This document shows positions 39,801 through 55,100 of a stretch of DNA of 64,000 bases, piece by piece. Under the pieces are notes generated by a model that was not told the origin of the DNA, did no database searches, and worked only from the letters and a program-made list of their open reading frames with translations. The stretch's first letter is position 1, and every line of letters begins with the position of its first letter. The DNA is from Ophelia neglecta (Eukaryota): positions 49,662,001-49,726,000 of the forward strand of contig OZ260663.1 in the NCBI GenBank assembly GCA_965285935.1, read 5' to 3'. The translations under genes and the position numbers were made by a program.

Positions 39801-42800
39801 TAAGACTTAAATTAATTACATTCGGATCGCGACCTTTCTGTTGTTTGTTTTGTCATCAGATGTAAATATGCCCACTGATCTATCTAGTAATAACAAATGA
39901 TCACGTGTGGCCATTTCTAGATATCAAAAGCTTGTATTTATGTGACAGAGCTTTGATACAAAATGGTTGCATGTATACTTTGTTCGTAGATCTACATGTC
40001 TGATTTACGCCACTCAACGAGTAGATAACATAGAGATTTGTAGTTTACAGTTAGGTTAAATTTAACTCAATTGCGCACCAAACTCTGTCAAGTGTAGGGC
40101 GGAATAAAGAAGTCTTCTTTCACGTCTTTCTAGCACCAAAGTCCGCACAAATAAAATAGTTAAGTAAGTTAGGCCCTGTTAATTTGTGTGACCTAGTTAT
40201 AAACAGCATCTTCAAAGTCTTCTTCTTGTTTTTCTGATTTTATTTTGGCTAGTATTGTAACCTAAGAAATAGGCCTATTACAATAGTGATTTGTGTAAAA
40301 TATGCGACAGAGAACATGTCCGGGGGACGGAGATACATGCAGGGGAGGCTATCGCTGCTTGGTCGTCTGACCCAAGGTCACGACCTTTACCCGCCTCTGG
40401 CTCAGTCGATTACCACGGATGGTAGCTTAACCTTGGCCACAGAGGACACGTGGCCGCCACCAAGAACTGTGTCTTCATCCTACCCGACACAACCCTCCAA
40501 GCTAGTAGAAATCATTTGACGGTTGGAGGCAGGTGGTCGCTCAAGTCCTAAGGATGTTCGGAATAAGTTTAAGTATTTAAGCCTCGACACTAATCAAAAC
40601 CGGCATCCATAAACACAGCAAAGTAGATTGTAGGCAATATATCAATTTTCTAAGCTTCTGCATCCAGGTGATCTATCATGTAGTATCCCCGGATAGTTAC
40701 ATCTCTCGGAAAATATTAGGCCTATATCATTATGTAGGCACATGGCAATATGCATTTCAACGATGGAAATGGGTAGGCCGATTAGTATATATGTAAATGA
40801 AGCCTACCTGGAATTGAACAAGAGCAAGCCTTTAAGTTTTTTATTCGTGTTCAATTTAAACAAACGCAACATAACGGTGTTTTCCAGATTTCATGATCTT
40901 TTTAAAATGGTGCACACACTGCACGTTTATATTATTTATTTTTTCAGTCCTATAAAAGTGGTGTCATTGGTCCGTCATTGAGGTGTGTCATTAATCAGTC
41001 CTCGAGATGGTTTCATTGTGGTTGATCGTATACTCAATTTCCAAGGTCATGATATCATTTCTATTTGTTTAATAGCCATATCATTGTCTTTTCCCCATGT
41101 ATATCCTAAAACAGACCGATTTCATTAAAAACACACTTTGTCTCTAATGCTAGGATTACTTAGAATTTCAAATGAAGTATGACCTTGACTTATCTCGAAG
41201 GTCAAGAATCCATTTTAGTTCCACACTGTAATTGAAACAAACGTTGAACCTTATTCATTGCTTCAGACATTTACTATCATCAGATAACCTAAATGATTGT
41301 TTGGAGTCATGCCTAGCCCAATTTCACTTGTATGGTACTTGAAAGTAACCCACTGTGGGTAGCCCTCGATGTGTATTCTTGGGATGATGCATGAAGTGGC
41401 ATGGGATTTAGGGATACACTACAGTTTGTCGCTACATTAGATCTTCATCCAAGTCACTGCGCCTTCTCCGACGGAGGCCAACGGAGGCACACTACCAAAT
41501 GTCGACAGTCGGATGAGCAAAGATCAACGTATCAGATTTTCCTTATATAAGATTTAAACAAGAATTAAGTTGGTTCTTCATAGTCACAATGTTTGTAAAG
41601 ACATTGCTCATTTACCATGCATCATTGCCAAAACTAATGGAAAATTAATGCAAAATTTAATTTTGGAACCAGACCATGCACCCAATCTCACAGTTTAACA
41701 AAGTATGGGGAGGTATTGATAGCGGCAGAACGCCCCAGAATCAGCCGACAAGGGCTATCAGCCTAAAGTCAAAAGCCAGGGGAGGAGAGCAGGCGATGAG
41801 TATCAGCAAATCTGATCGCTAATGATGGAGAAATTAATCAACTGCTGTTTGAGGTCTAACACACCATATCACTTTATACACATTTGGCCGACGGTTTGTT
41901 TGGAATTAAACCATCACAATATTGATATGCATGTAATTACCAGTCTTGATGTTTAATAATGTCTCGCTTCTGAAACAAATTAGACGCAGCCGGAGGAACG
42001 AATCTGATTAAAACCTTGTTAATTATTATTGACAGAGATCTCTGTGGAATTTTATGGGTGAGTAGCAGATGATATTGAGACAGTCATCACTCACATCAAA
42101 CGGGGTAAAATATGTACAAAAATATATACAAATTGCCAAATATTAACCTTATTATTTCTTCAGTACTTGTCTAGGCTTAATACATTTGAATGTTATCGGA
42201 TGTTGTAAATGATCATGTCCGTGTTTCACTGCAATCCCCTGGTTTTATTACTGATGCTTGAGAAGTTTGTCATCTTTAACACTCAACAGCTGTCCATCTT
42301 ATAGAACAAATGAACCGAAAGGCACTCTCCAACCTCTTTCAACAACGATTCGCGGGCTAAGAAAGCGATGAATGCTTTAGGGACTTACGCCGGGTGTCTC
42401 TTTGATATGCTGGTCAAACAGACCACAATTCACCAGCAAATGTTTATTGTATGTTAAACGTGTGTTGGGGGATTGATCTAAATATTAGTGTACAAGTGCT
42501 CGGCGGGGACAGTGCCCCTAAACGACCATATAGAGGGGCAATCAGCTGGAATCAGCTGCTAATTTCATCGATCGCCTCAGAAGAAGGATTTAGAGTAACA
42601 TCTATTTTACATTTATATGAATTGGGTTGAGTAGCCCCGTGGCGCACTGCGCCCTATCGACAGTATTATCCTCGCCTGCCGCTATCGTCCGACATTTGCT
42701 ATCGACAGAAGTAATCCATTTGACGCTGTTGTCCAAACTTATTTACTCAAAAGCTTCCCGCCATTGAGAAAATCAAAGGCACCACTGGACATCCCACAGT

Positions 42801-45800
42801 CCGCGTATTGTAAGATTGTGTAAACTGGAAGCATTCTCCTTTAAGCATCTTGGATTTTCTCAGCTGGATTTACGTAGCATTATTGAACGGTCTGACGAGA
42901 GAGGCGAGCAGACGACAGACGGTGAGAAAGGACAGCAACTGCTTTTCTCTTGAGGGAGTTGGAGTCTTGTAGTGCCTCTATTTGCGGTTCTGAGGCACGG
43001 TAGGGATCGCTTACTGGCTATTGCGAAAAGTTGGCGTGTTTTGCATCTCCTGTTGTGCCTCAACCAACGGATCGGTTACATGGAAGGCAGACGATGTCTA
43101 TGATGTGGGCGCGTCCCGTGGCGCTCTACAAATCTACATTGTTCGACAATGGCGAGATTCCTGTGGCGGATAAACAATGTACAGTCGCTGGTTGCGCCAT
43201 TATTGGCCTACCAGCACTCTGCAATAATGGAAATCTATCAGAAGAGGGAAATTCGCATGTTTACTCTACTTTGACATCTCTAGCCTGGTGTTAACTGATA
43301 CACCTATTATGTCCGTATAGGCACGTAGCATATGTCCAATAAACGCCTATATATGTTTGTGTCTAATTATACTTATTGTCTGCTTAAAGCTATTAAGGTT
43401 ACATGAAGCTCACCATACACCTATTAAATATAACGGTTTTCGACAACAGACGCAGTTCTTTAAAATATGCTCATATAATATATAGGCCTATAACCAATGA
43501 AAAATGTGATTTGGCAAAATGCCCTTTTTGGAACTTATTTAAGGATTCCCCTATAGGCGTATATATGTATAATTATTACATAATGTAGGCTGAGCCATTT
43601 GTCTTAAGCCAAAAATATAAACTCAGCCATCTGGATATCTTCAACAGATTTATGTCACTATACTGTGTGTATAACTGATATAAGTACGACATAAAGCTGT
43701 ACAAGGTAATCATAATGGCCGCAAGACATATAAAACAAACGGAAATGGTTAAAATTACAGTAAAACCTACTAAAAAGACCGCCTCTAGATTCATACCACC
43801 TGCCACTCAGGTCACTATAGTGTAGACCATACTGTTGGCATGCAATGTAAAATAACCTATATAAACAGACCAACCCTCTAATCAGACCAGCAGTATCCAG
43901 TTTCTTAATAGTCAGGTAATCTTTAACCGCACTGAGCTCAAATGAGATAGACATTTTTCATATCAAAGGTGTAAAATGTTTAATTCTTGCCAGAGACCTG
44001 CGTGCTAGTCTGATAACAGAGCCATGATTATTTCTCATATCAACGATTAATAAACAAGACCCTTTCTACAAAGGCTAACCTGTAAAAATATACACAATTA
44101 ATGACAAAAACTGTTTATAAGTCTATCTAACACTATAAGGCTAACTTGATGACCTCTCTGACATGGGATCCCCAGAGCCTAAATGTTACTTCCGCTTTCA
44201 TCACTTTAATTACCTGAGGATGAATTGGATGAGATCTAAATTGACTCTTAAGTGTGGTCTAACCGTATGGGGCGGGATATATTGGGCAGCTAATTGAAAG
44301 TTTAGCCCAGGTTTGCGTGCCGACACCTCACCACCATTGCATGACAAGGGTCCATCAGATGTGAACACGTCGGTTAAGGAGTAAATCTGGCGAACTTGCC
44401 TTTAAGAACCGAGTTGGCGTGTAGAAATAACGAGCCGTCTTCAGCGCGTAAAGGACCATAAAATTGGCCGCATTGGGTGAGCATAAAGGAGAAATTTGCG
44501 GTTGAACATGGCCGATAGGCCGACCACAATGGACACCAGCTGCGTCATAACAATGTATGAATCTTGCCGAAAATATTGATTACATCGTTTACAGGTGCCT
44601 TACAAATATAAGACAATGTTTATTCAATTCCCCTACAAGCGACCAAATTGTTTAGATTGTCAGGTCTTTAACTCGCGGGCGCTGATGGTTTGCAGAGGAT
44701 GTCAGGTCGTCAGGATCAAAGACGGCAATTTTATTTCCAATAGTCTTCTCGCCTCATCAAACGCCCGGATGAAATTTCTCGAACGACATGCGAAAATATA
44801 CGAAAAGCCGAGGAATGTAACGAGAAGCAGCTGTTCCTACTGAAACAAGCATACCAGCAACACAGGAAGGCGTCGGCGAAATGACTCAAGTGCGCGTTAG
44901 ATCTGTGTGGCAAGGCTATAGGTCTATATAGAAGTTTGTGTCGACTGGTCTGGTTAGATCGATTTATCGGTGTTGCATGCAGAGCATTTATCTGTCTATA
45001 GGCTTAAATCAATGCCAGTCGTTTTCCAAATACAACATACAAATACAAATATCTTTTCAAAGCAAGAAAAATTATAAAAAACGCATATCGTCCGTTAAGT
45101 ACACACTTTAAAAGGAGTTGGGTCATTGCTATAGGCCTACATGTGACTGTCGTAAAACTAGGCTTACACTTAGGCCCTAGAGGTTAACTTAAAATTTGCG
45201 CACAGGGCTCAGACATAGCAAGCTAGACAAAAGTTACATCGGGAAATAAGAAGGGGAATGGGGCTCTTCATCTGATAAGCGTAACCGACTTCCGCGCTGA
45301 TTAACTTACGTTATATGTGAACACCCGTGTAAATGGGGTTCCAGCCAGTGGTTGACTTTGAAGAATGCGGGTAATTTGCAAGCCGGGTCTACTTATCTTC
45401 ATTCTTGGCTTAAACCGCCATTCCGAAGATCCCGCCAAACTAACCAACCTCTTGGCACATATGTTAGTTATCGCTCTTGACGCTTTACGGTAAATATTTT
45501 AGCAAAATGTTGTACTTCAGAAAGTCAACAGCCGGTAAAATAATTACTGGGAGGTCACAAGAGGAAGCAAGTTGCGCAGTCTATCAAAGCGCGGCCGCTG
45601 CTTGTGTGTATAGGTTGTTGGCGATGGAACGTGACCATAAGCCAAACTACAGACAGCTTGAGTCAACATCTCAGCCTACTCGAGTAAATACACCCTGCTC
45701 GGGTGGCTAGAATCAATTTGTTTTGTTTACGACTCTAATAAACACTCATCTGTTAATTCGATTAGAGCAGTTTCCGAAGCACCCGGATCCTGTCGATCAA

Positions 45801-46086
45801 ACACGTTCCGGATCAGCGCCAGTGACTGGCGAGACCCCGCCCGACCCGCTCAGAACTAGGCTCGGGTTATCAAGGCGCTCGTCATGGGAATGCATTACCC
45901 TCGGCCACCCTCTCATCAGAAAACCCCACTCGGCAAGACGTGCTATACTCCTGCTACTGCTATTATAGTAGGCCTATACACATAAACCAGTAATATCTGC
46001 TTGGCGGCAGGATATTTAAATGAATATATTTGCAAACATGCATTTGACGAGGACTCGCTTTGTTTAAGCACATTTTGATTTGGGCA

Positions 46087-46088
<2 letters not shown>

Positions 46089-46129
<41 letters not shown>
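46089..46129. repeat. (TA)n microsatellite
   Basis: About 20 TA units with one interruption. Confidence 0.9.
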
Positions 46130-46131
<2 letters not shown>

Positions 46132-49100
46132 ACTATAATTAAAAGAAATACGAAGAATGGTGGTTTCCGGTCTCAGCCATTCCATATCAATTTTGCCAAT
46201 GGTGTAACAGCCAACGTTCACACATTCTTAGGCCTATAGGGGGCTATGGGCAAGAAAGGTGGGGGAAAGTAGGCATCTCCCTGACACCTGTATGCCATAC
46301 AACTTGTCGAATTTATTCCGTGTATAATATTTGTCTATTGATGTGAAAGATTCATCAGATTTAGACTGCTTCGTACAATGAGAATTTTTTTCTCGATTTT
46401 ATTATAATTATCGGCAGGGGGCATAAACACACAAAGGGGGCATAACAATATTTATTTTCTGAATAAAATCTCCTGTTTAAGAACGCCTCAATGTAGACCA
46501 TACCCTTCAAATCAATTATTCTTAACATACCCGAACTCCTACTAATATCGGCTTTAAACTGTGTTAAATGTTTCTTAGTCCATGGATGCATGAAATAGAT
46601 GCTTTGAAAAACTTTTATTAAGGAGTATTACACTTCGAGCTATTGGTCTGCTTAAAAGAAGTCTCATTTTATAAAATGATGATGACTAGTCGGTTCTGGC
46701 AAATAGAGCCCCATCGCAAAACCATAAGCTGCTTTCAAAGCAAACAGATTTTGTTATCAAAGGGCTTGTGATGCCTGTCTATTGAAATCGGAAGAGGCAG
46801 ACCAATAGCAAAAACTTTTGAAGAGAGCTAGGATATTGAGTGACTCCTGTAAAAGGTTTCATTCTCACTAAACACTTGAGGGCGTTTGCTTCTCTAGCTT
46901 CCAAAAGACATCTGCCCCTAAGGGTCTGATAATTTGTCAAATGAAACACCTTATTATTTTCAGACCGACAATATAATTGGCCTTAAACTGAAGATTGAAT
47001 AAAAAAAGACTGAATAAAATTGAAATGAATTGCCAGCACACTTTTCGCTAAAATTGCAAACGATGTTATAACGATAAATTTAATTCACTGATAAAACTTT
47101 ATTACTAGGCACATTGTAAAATGGCATATGAAAAATTATTGATACTAGTGCGCTAATGCATGATTTTCGTCAATGAGTCAAGAACGTTTCATACCATGCA
47201 GAAGCCTGACGCCCCATAACACAACTCGCCTTCCGGTTCTGATATTTGTACCCTCAGGGGTCCCTTGTGGAGCACCCAATATGAGCGCACCGGATGCTGA
47301 ATTCGTCACCTCCGGTCTGCGCAGTATTCATGTACGCAGCGGGTGCGCGTCTTCAAAGCGGAAAATGAGAATCGATCTCTACCACCACCAAAAGGCACAT
47401 TTTGTTCAATCCTTTCTTAATCTGCCATCCCCGAGCATCGCGGCCTCGCTTAATGGATTGCTACAAAACATCCAGCGAGCAAGCTTTTAGTACCCTACAA
47501 TAATATTTTCGCTGTATGCAGAGCGATCAATTCAGTTTAAGACAACAAAACACAATAAAACACAAACAGGACCAGGACCATGGGTATCTAGCCACCACCG
47601 CAATTGATTGGCTTTGACATTTTGAAAAGATTTGCCTGTGACTACCAAACTATAGGAGCCCGAAGAAGATAAAGGGTTTTGTAACTAATCTGGTATTTAG
47701 TAGCGATCGCCGCCACGAGTGGCCCACACCAATCGTTATAGGACTACAGGCAGCTTTGTAGACAGCTAGTTTAAAAGCTCGTGAAACTATTGAAAGTAAC
47801 GTAAATATGAAATCAACGCAGATATCTGATACATTAATTTCAGGTGTACAGCATGCCTCCCATCGTTAATGACTACTTCCATTCAAGGATTGAAGGGTCG
47901 CCCCCTTTCGATCGCTAAGGTCAAAGAAAAACGTGGGTTTTCTATATAAAATAGGTTTAATTGATTTTCTAGATAATTTAATTGCATACAGCGAATCATG
48001 GAGGTAGACAAAAACTCCAACAACAATTATACTGATTGTTGCAAGGGCATGAGTCTACGAGTAGCCACAAGTGTTTTTCTGTACATAACATATAAGATTC
48101 GTTTTTCAAAGCTCTGAGCTCATTTTGACTAAAGGCTACAGGTGTTGGTGGCCGCAGAGGTGAGGGATGATGCTGTTCAAAATAACATTTTTTCTTCTTC
48201 GGCAAATTGCTTTGAAATCAGGCATTCCTATACCCGCCGCCCCTGCTCACATTGCCTGGTGTCATTTATTCCTCCTTATCGAGTAGTAGATATGGGTCTG
48301 TGACAGGGTTATTCCTCCGGTCCCATGTTTTTGTGCTGTACTATTATTGTCTTTTTAATGTAGGCCAATAGTTAGTCCATACTTATATCTCTCCATCTGC
48401 AGTGCCCTTCATTTTTATTTCTTTTATGTTTTAACTTTTTCTTATTGCACATGCCGTTGGTTCTGCAAAATTGCTGCTAATAGTGACCTCGTTTAAAACC
48501 TCCCGATCTGAAAGAGAAAAGGCACTAAACGAAACGTCGTCAGCGCCAACAAAACTATTAGGACAAATCAATGTTATTGCAGTGGTCCCATATTGCAGTG
48601 GTCCCATGGATATGGAAATAAGATACACGTCAAATTTCATGACGAGTTGTATTTGGTTGAATGTGGCACACAGGGTGAGTGAAGACCCACATTGCATTAT
48701 GGCAGCCATCTTGTTTTTCTGTCAAAAGGATTTTCATCCAAACCATTGTTACTCTATGTTGCAGTTAACTAAATATCAAATATTCTATGCAGTCTCGTCT
48801 TCTGGTAGGTTTTCCAGAGCTCTCAGGGCAATAATAAAGTTCACCAAGCTGGAAAAACAGAGTAAAGGGGCCAGCCTATTTAATGTGTTGCTGGGACGTG
48901 GCTTTTGATTATTTCGGACCGATTGAATGGACTGTTCCTCGTCAATGATAAGATTTTGTCTGCCGGTTATGCACTCCCGTTTTTAAAGTTTAGCATTAAT
49001 TGCATTGCTAGCAAAGGTAATAAATGCAAATATTGATCAAAATGTGCAAAATGGGCAAAAAAACAAGATTTTTTATATATAATTATTGTCGTAAAGCACC

Positions 49101-52100
49101 TTTATATAAGACTTCGTGGTAAATGTGCAAGGCGCTTTGTGACTTATTTTGAAAAAAAAACTTTGATCATGGCTTTACTTAGACTACTACTGGATACATG
49201 TGTGATTTCGATAAACATCCCTTTTTCCTAGCCAGTATGGACCCATACAAAATAGTGAAAAGTGCTATTAAATCGGAGATGGATGTACGGGTGCTTGCTA
49301 GTAAGCCTACACGATTATTTCAGATTGGCAAACCCTCTGTTATTCGTGTACTGAACACATGCTTTTAATAATTCATTCTATATTTATCAATCTATGTACC
49401 ATCATTACCACATCAGTTTCAGCTTCAATACATGCACGAGAAATGGTTCAATTTAAATATTCTATTGACTTATGTGGGTTTTCAAGAGTGAACGATAACA
49501 TACGTAAAAATCATATTGTGGCTATAGCCCTGTTTGAACATAACTTGTTAATGACCGATTGCTTTTGGCGGATGCTTTCGAAATTGTACTCATTGTTGGA
49601 ATATTGACACCTTCAGCATGTTAGCTATCTGTGCTAACGCCTCGGCAGGTATATATCTGCAGATGGCCGCCACTAATTAAATACTTTCTCCACCGCAGAG
49701 AATGACCAGCCTTCTATTACAGCGACACCTCATTGATGTGCTAGCAAATGGGTAAAGCCAAACTGACAACAATTCAAGTTGATCATTATTAGTTCACAAT
49801 GATCCAGTTGATAGGATCTGACAAGGTGTTTGGACAATACGACCACCCGACATCTATACGGTAGCCAGGTATTGTCGTTTGAAGAGTCTTCGCGCGTCTG
49901 TTAGATGGAGTCCGGTTACGGCCTTAGTAAAGTGTCCAACTAGGTGTCTACGGTCATACACCTGTTGTGGAGTGTCTAACGGCCTTTAGTTTCCGACCTG
50001 GTGTCATAATTACACTGTCGAATTACTTAGAAATCGCCATTTAATTGCCAAGCACAAGCTTTTGTCCAGCGTTCCTTTAAGTTTTCGTGAGGAGAACCCA
50101 CAAAAGTGTGTGTTCAAAAGACAAAGGTTGACATAGCTTTTCATGTCACATCAAAACACTTAATGCTGGTTGCACAGGTGCAACCACTGTTTCAGAAAAG
50201 ATGCGCAGCCTTATGAGTTTCAAATCACCAAATTGAGTCCCACCACGCAAACTTAGGTATTTACTGTCCACAAATGCGAAAATTATATTAACATGCCTGT
50301 GCTGGAATCCAGTCTTAAGTTTATTAAGAGCTGACCCGTGTCACCTTTCAGTTCTATATTTTCACAAACTAATTGGTTTTGAATAGTTCAAAAGTGTACA
50401 AACGCTAATAAATTTCTACTTTTATGCGTGTCACCATAAATATATGGATTCGAGACATTTTATTAATCCAGCATCGGAAAAACTATTTTTTTTTAGATAT
50501 AAACAACAATGCAATGATGTTTGTGAACGAGTTTTTATGCTTTGTTTTAGAATTGGGTAAAGGTCATTTCCCCAGTGAAATGGCACAAATCTTCAGTCAG
50601 CATTTCGTTGTTTATTTAACTAATTCACTATCCATTATTGATTGAACAAGAGTAGATCTTCCTCTAAATTATGTTTTTGTTTTCTTTTGGACGACAACTG
50701 TGTTATTTCTAGGTCCGGCTTTAATCGCGCACAGTGCATCTGGCTGGTATTTGTAAAAATAATCTGTTAGATCGAAAGCGTATTAGCATTCGTCCTCGTT
50801 CAGCCTGATCGAAGGGTTCTCTCCCTGCCCCAGGGGCTATCTGGACTTCAATGGTGGGCATCTATCCTAATATTTTGCCATTCTTTTCCTTGTTAGTACA
50901 ACCAGCAACAAAATAGAGTTTCGATTATCACAACAGTTTAGATTGGGATGAAAATGGCTCTCATGTAGTGTGCTTGGGCGATATTCAAATAAATGATCAA
51001 CTCGTGTCTTCGTGAGTCGATTCAAACAGACTTAAATACAATTACTTGTTTTAAATGCTGCGACTTCGCAATGAACGGTGCCGACGGCTGACAATTCTAA
51101 CTTTGGGACAAAGACCAGTCTTCCGTTAGTCCTAAGGCACATTGCTGACTGGTTCACGACAAACTTCAAGGTGTCAGAACAAAATGTTTGTACGACAATC
51201 GCTGGTCAGCAGTGTCCCTTTCCCTGAAGAGAAGAACCACACGCAGCATAGTACATAAACCCATATAGGCCTATACACATAGGGTTAACATTTATTAAAG
51301 GGGATAACCTTTTCACATGTATGCATATATATTACTCATATTACTGGATTTGATAGTTAACAAGAGAATGGCCCACATAAAGGCAGACAGATCATTGGAT
51401 GGACGTACTTAGTCGTGGTACATATTTCTCCGGAGCTAACAGGCTTTTGGCATTGAGCGATGTAAATGCCTACTGATTTATCTGAGAACTTATGATTCTA
51501 AACTCCCTTTACAGTCTATGTAGCCAATTATTCTCATGTTCAGCGTAAGGTGTAGTGGTGAACTCCTTCCACTGTATCTCTTTCCTATTGCGAGCAACTT
51601 GCTGACATGCTGATATATATAGGCCCTTAGCCTAAATCGCAATGTTAACCTTTTCCACTTAAAATTCCGACGGTTCCTTTAAAGACCAAACAAGTAACCG
51701 ATTTCATGAATATAATCAGATAATACGCATGCATTGACCAGCCTTTATAAATTAGCATATGGGCTAATATACTGCGCAACAATAATTTTTCCAAGGAACA
51801 TTCATGATAATCAAAGCCTTAGATCGTGTTACCCATATAGAGACTGTACCATCGGGAACTTTCCGGCCGGAGATTCCACATAGGTATACATGGAGGCAAT
51901 GAATCTTCATTCCAGCGATTTATCAGCTAGGCGTTGACCGTCCTAGATTGACGGAGATGTGCTCAATTTGCATAATGATCATCTGCCAGAGGAATTGGTG
52001 AAAATTGATGGGCGTAACCAATCAAGCAGATCTTAGCAGACCTACCAACGGCTTGAATCAGAAACTCTCTTTAGTGCTGTAATGGAGGTAGGATTAATTG

Positions 52101-55100
52101 GGTGTTTGGTAGTCAATCCCCTGTGTAGCTTTGGTGGATCAGCACGGCTTTGAATTTCAGGACAACTTTTCCATCCTATGAACTGCTCATCGTTTACACT
52201 CCTTAGAAACCAACTGCTAACCCTTTCATCCTACGAAACGCCAAATTGGCAACATTGTGACTAAATTACTGCATGGAAGTACTACGCAATGAATGACAGA
52301 ACCATTGACAGAAACAGTAACAGTTTATCTGAAGAAAGCAAATGAACACTTTCGGCAGACAGTGCGCTGAAGGTTTCATCACATTTGCAAGTGTCGGGTT
52401 CAGCTGTAAAAGTGGATTCTACCAGATTGGAGGCCATATCGTAGAGTCGGCCATCTGTACAATGATATCCTTTGCTAATTATATGATGGAAATGACCTGG
52501 TTGGAAATATTTATTTAGACGAATAAAACAGAAGGCTTAATAATAGTGTATGCATAACACATGAATGATCTAAAACTACCAAGTGCTGGATTTCTATTAA
52601 TCTACAACCCCTATAGGCCCTATAGGCTATTTCAAATGTTGCCGGGTTTCGAGAGTTGCGTCTGAATCGTTTATACCACCAATATAAACATATTGTTACG
52701 GAAACGGCGTCGGGTGGTGTTCAGTTTTTTAATTCACCGACTGGAGCGTGGATTATATGTATAAAATAGATAAACATTCCAATTTCAAAGACGACAACGT
52801 TAAGCAGATAGAAAGGGACGTTTAATATTTGGACAAGATGGGCGCTCTTTTTGTGACTGGTGTCCGACACTATCTATTCTGTAATATGTGGTCACATCAA
52901 CTTTGCCTCGGCGTCCCAATCGCCCTCGGGGCTCCCCCTCTCCACCCGGGAGCCTCTTAATCAAAGACCACTTGACAACAATCACCCCAGTAACACAATA
53001 GTTCAACTTGCTGCCAAAACATTTATGGAGGATGAAATTTCAATTTACTCCTTACAGATAAGCTAACATGAGTAATGGCCTGGGGCAATCGGCGCGTTAG
53101 CTCCCCGGGTCAAACGAGCGCCCACGTTGACAGAATTTGATAGATGGCGGACAAGCATATACTACCTTGCTAATGAAAGACAGACCAACGAGGCTAGGTA
53201 ATGAGTTTCTAGACCGGCGGAGGTCTCCTTTCGGACAGCTTAACAGATGCAATCATACTTGTGCACATGGGTGTGTGAGCTTATGTCTTTTTACCACCTT
53301 TGATCCGACTGCGAACTCCTTGAAAAAGCATCGCACTCATTCCTGATGAATTAAGCTGACGAGTTTATCAGGAATAACATTGTGCTTAGCATAATTATTA
53401 GCATATTTGTACAAACTAAGCTACACAAGGTGATACGGGTGATTGCTGACGAGGGAAACAGAAGTTTTAACAATTTAAAACTAGAAGGCCTACTATAGTC
53501 ATAGCATATATGGTTTAAGATACATTTTTCCAATTTTAGGCAGGCCAGTTTGTATATATTGCTAATTTAGATGACGAAAACAGGCCTAATCAAATAGGGG
53601 CCTATATCTCTCGCACTTGACACTGTTTACTCAACAACAGATGGTCTATATAAGGCCTACTATATAGTATAGCTAACAGACCCCTTGTTTTGTCATTATG
53701 TAGCCTACGGTCATTAAAACAACTCGAAGTTAATAATAAAAAAGTATGACATAGCTCAGTATATAGTACATGTGCCTGACATATATTTAATGAATTATTG
53801 ACGTAAATGTGGATTTAACAGATTTCTGACATGTTCCTAGGATATCGGATTTAGTATTCCATTTGGACAAAGTTTGACCCGAAAAGTTTCATACAACCTC
53901 GGCGGATCATATGTTGAAAGCAGTTGGAGTCTTTTCTTCCTAGCCGTGTTATGACAAAAGAATGGTTTGTCTTCAATGCAGACGACACATGCTCAAATCC
54001 GTCTCGAATATCTGGCGAGCATGTCGTTTACATAAACTGCCAGTTCCACTCGACAGAACGTGTCAATCGAGGAGAAGTATCATCGGTCGAAGAAAAACAA
54101 ACTGCGAGAGGGGGTGAAAACGTTATCTCCTCTCCACTTAGTAATAAAGCGTGAATGTAAACGAAACCATGGCATGTTCTGTAATTCAACGGATTTGTCC
54201 AAAATACATAGACTTATTCATATATACCAATGTATCTAATTATATTATATATATATATATATAAATAAGCTGTGATAGGAAGAAGTATCTACTAACTGGT
54301 TCAAAACTTGGTTACCTCAGAATTTGTCATGGGGGGGGGGGGGGATGACATAAAAAAAGTTGCCCTTTTACACAGCGCTACTCAGTCATGCATGACTTTA
54401 TGCAAATTTACCTAACTTGGCGCAGAACGTGAGTGATTCATCAGTGATTCATTCATGTGTATTTTTCAATAACAACCAAAAAGAAAACCAGATCATTGAA
54501 CAAGTTAAATTGAAACCAACAGACATCTTGGTATTGGACACAACAGATGACATTCTAGATGAATTTCCAACCAGAAATTCTTTCTAGATATTAAGTCCAA
54601 TCCATGTGAGAAGAATCGATGTCCACGACAGCAGCATGACGGAGAGGACATTCCACGACCTTAACCAAACATGGACCTCGCAATAAATCGAAACTTATAT
54701 CAAACATGTCTAACTTTATATTTTAATCAAGCATTTTATTCAAATTTTGGCTAAAAAGCTAGGCTTATACACCGAACGTTGGGACTTGTATAGATTTTAA
54801 GAAGCAGAAGTGGAGCGCGGGAGGGGTGGGGGTGGGGTCAGTTACTCTAGTTTAATTAAGCTTATTTCCTTATACATGTACTTTCATATATGATGTGATT
54901 TTGTTTAGGGAGGGCGGTTGGGGTTTTTCGTCCTTTTCTTAGTTTGTATCTGACGTGTAAGTTGTAATATAAATATTATTTTACTTACATGTGCATTAGT
55001 GTATACTTATTGGACACATCTTATATAGACTGCTATAAGACCTAGTCTTTCTCTCCCTCCATTTTCCTCCACACATTCACATTCAGTTACTTTATCTCGT

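Noticed and set aside
13700-53400. Numerous TCF/LEF-like ATCAAAG/CTTTGAT sites
   Set aside because: A dozen or more are expected by chance in AT-rich DNA, and enrichment cannot be established by eye.
54819-54837. G-quadruplex-capable G-tract (also poly-G/C tracts at about 778, 897, 20270, 54330 and 63934)
   Set aside because: These are simple low-complexity tracts with no functional context.
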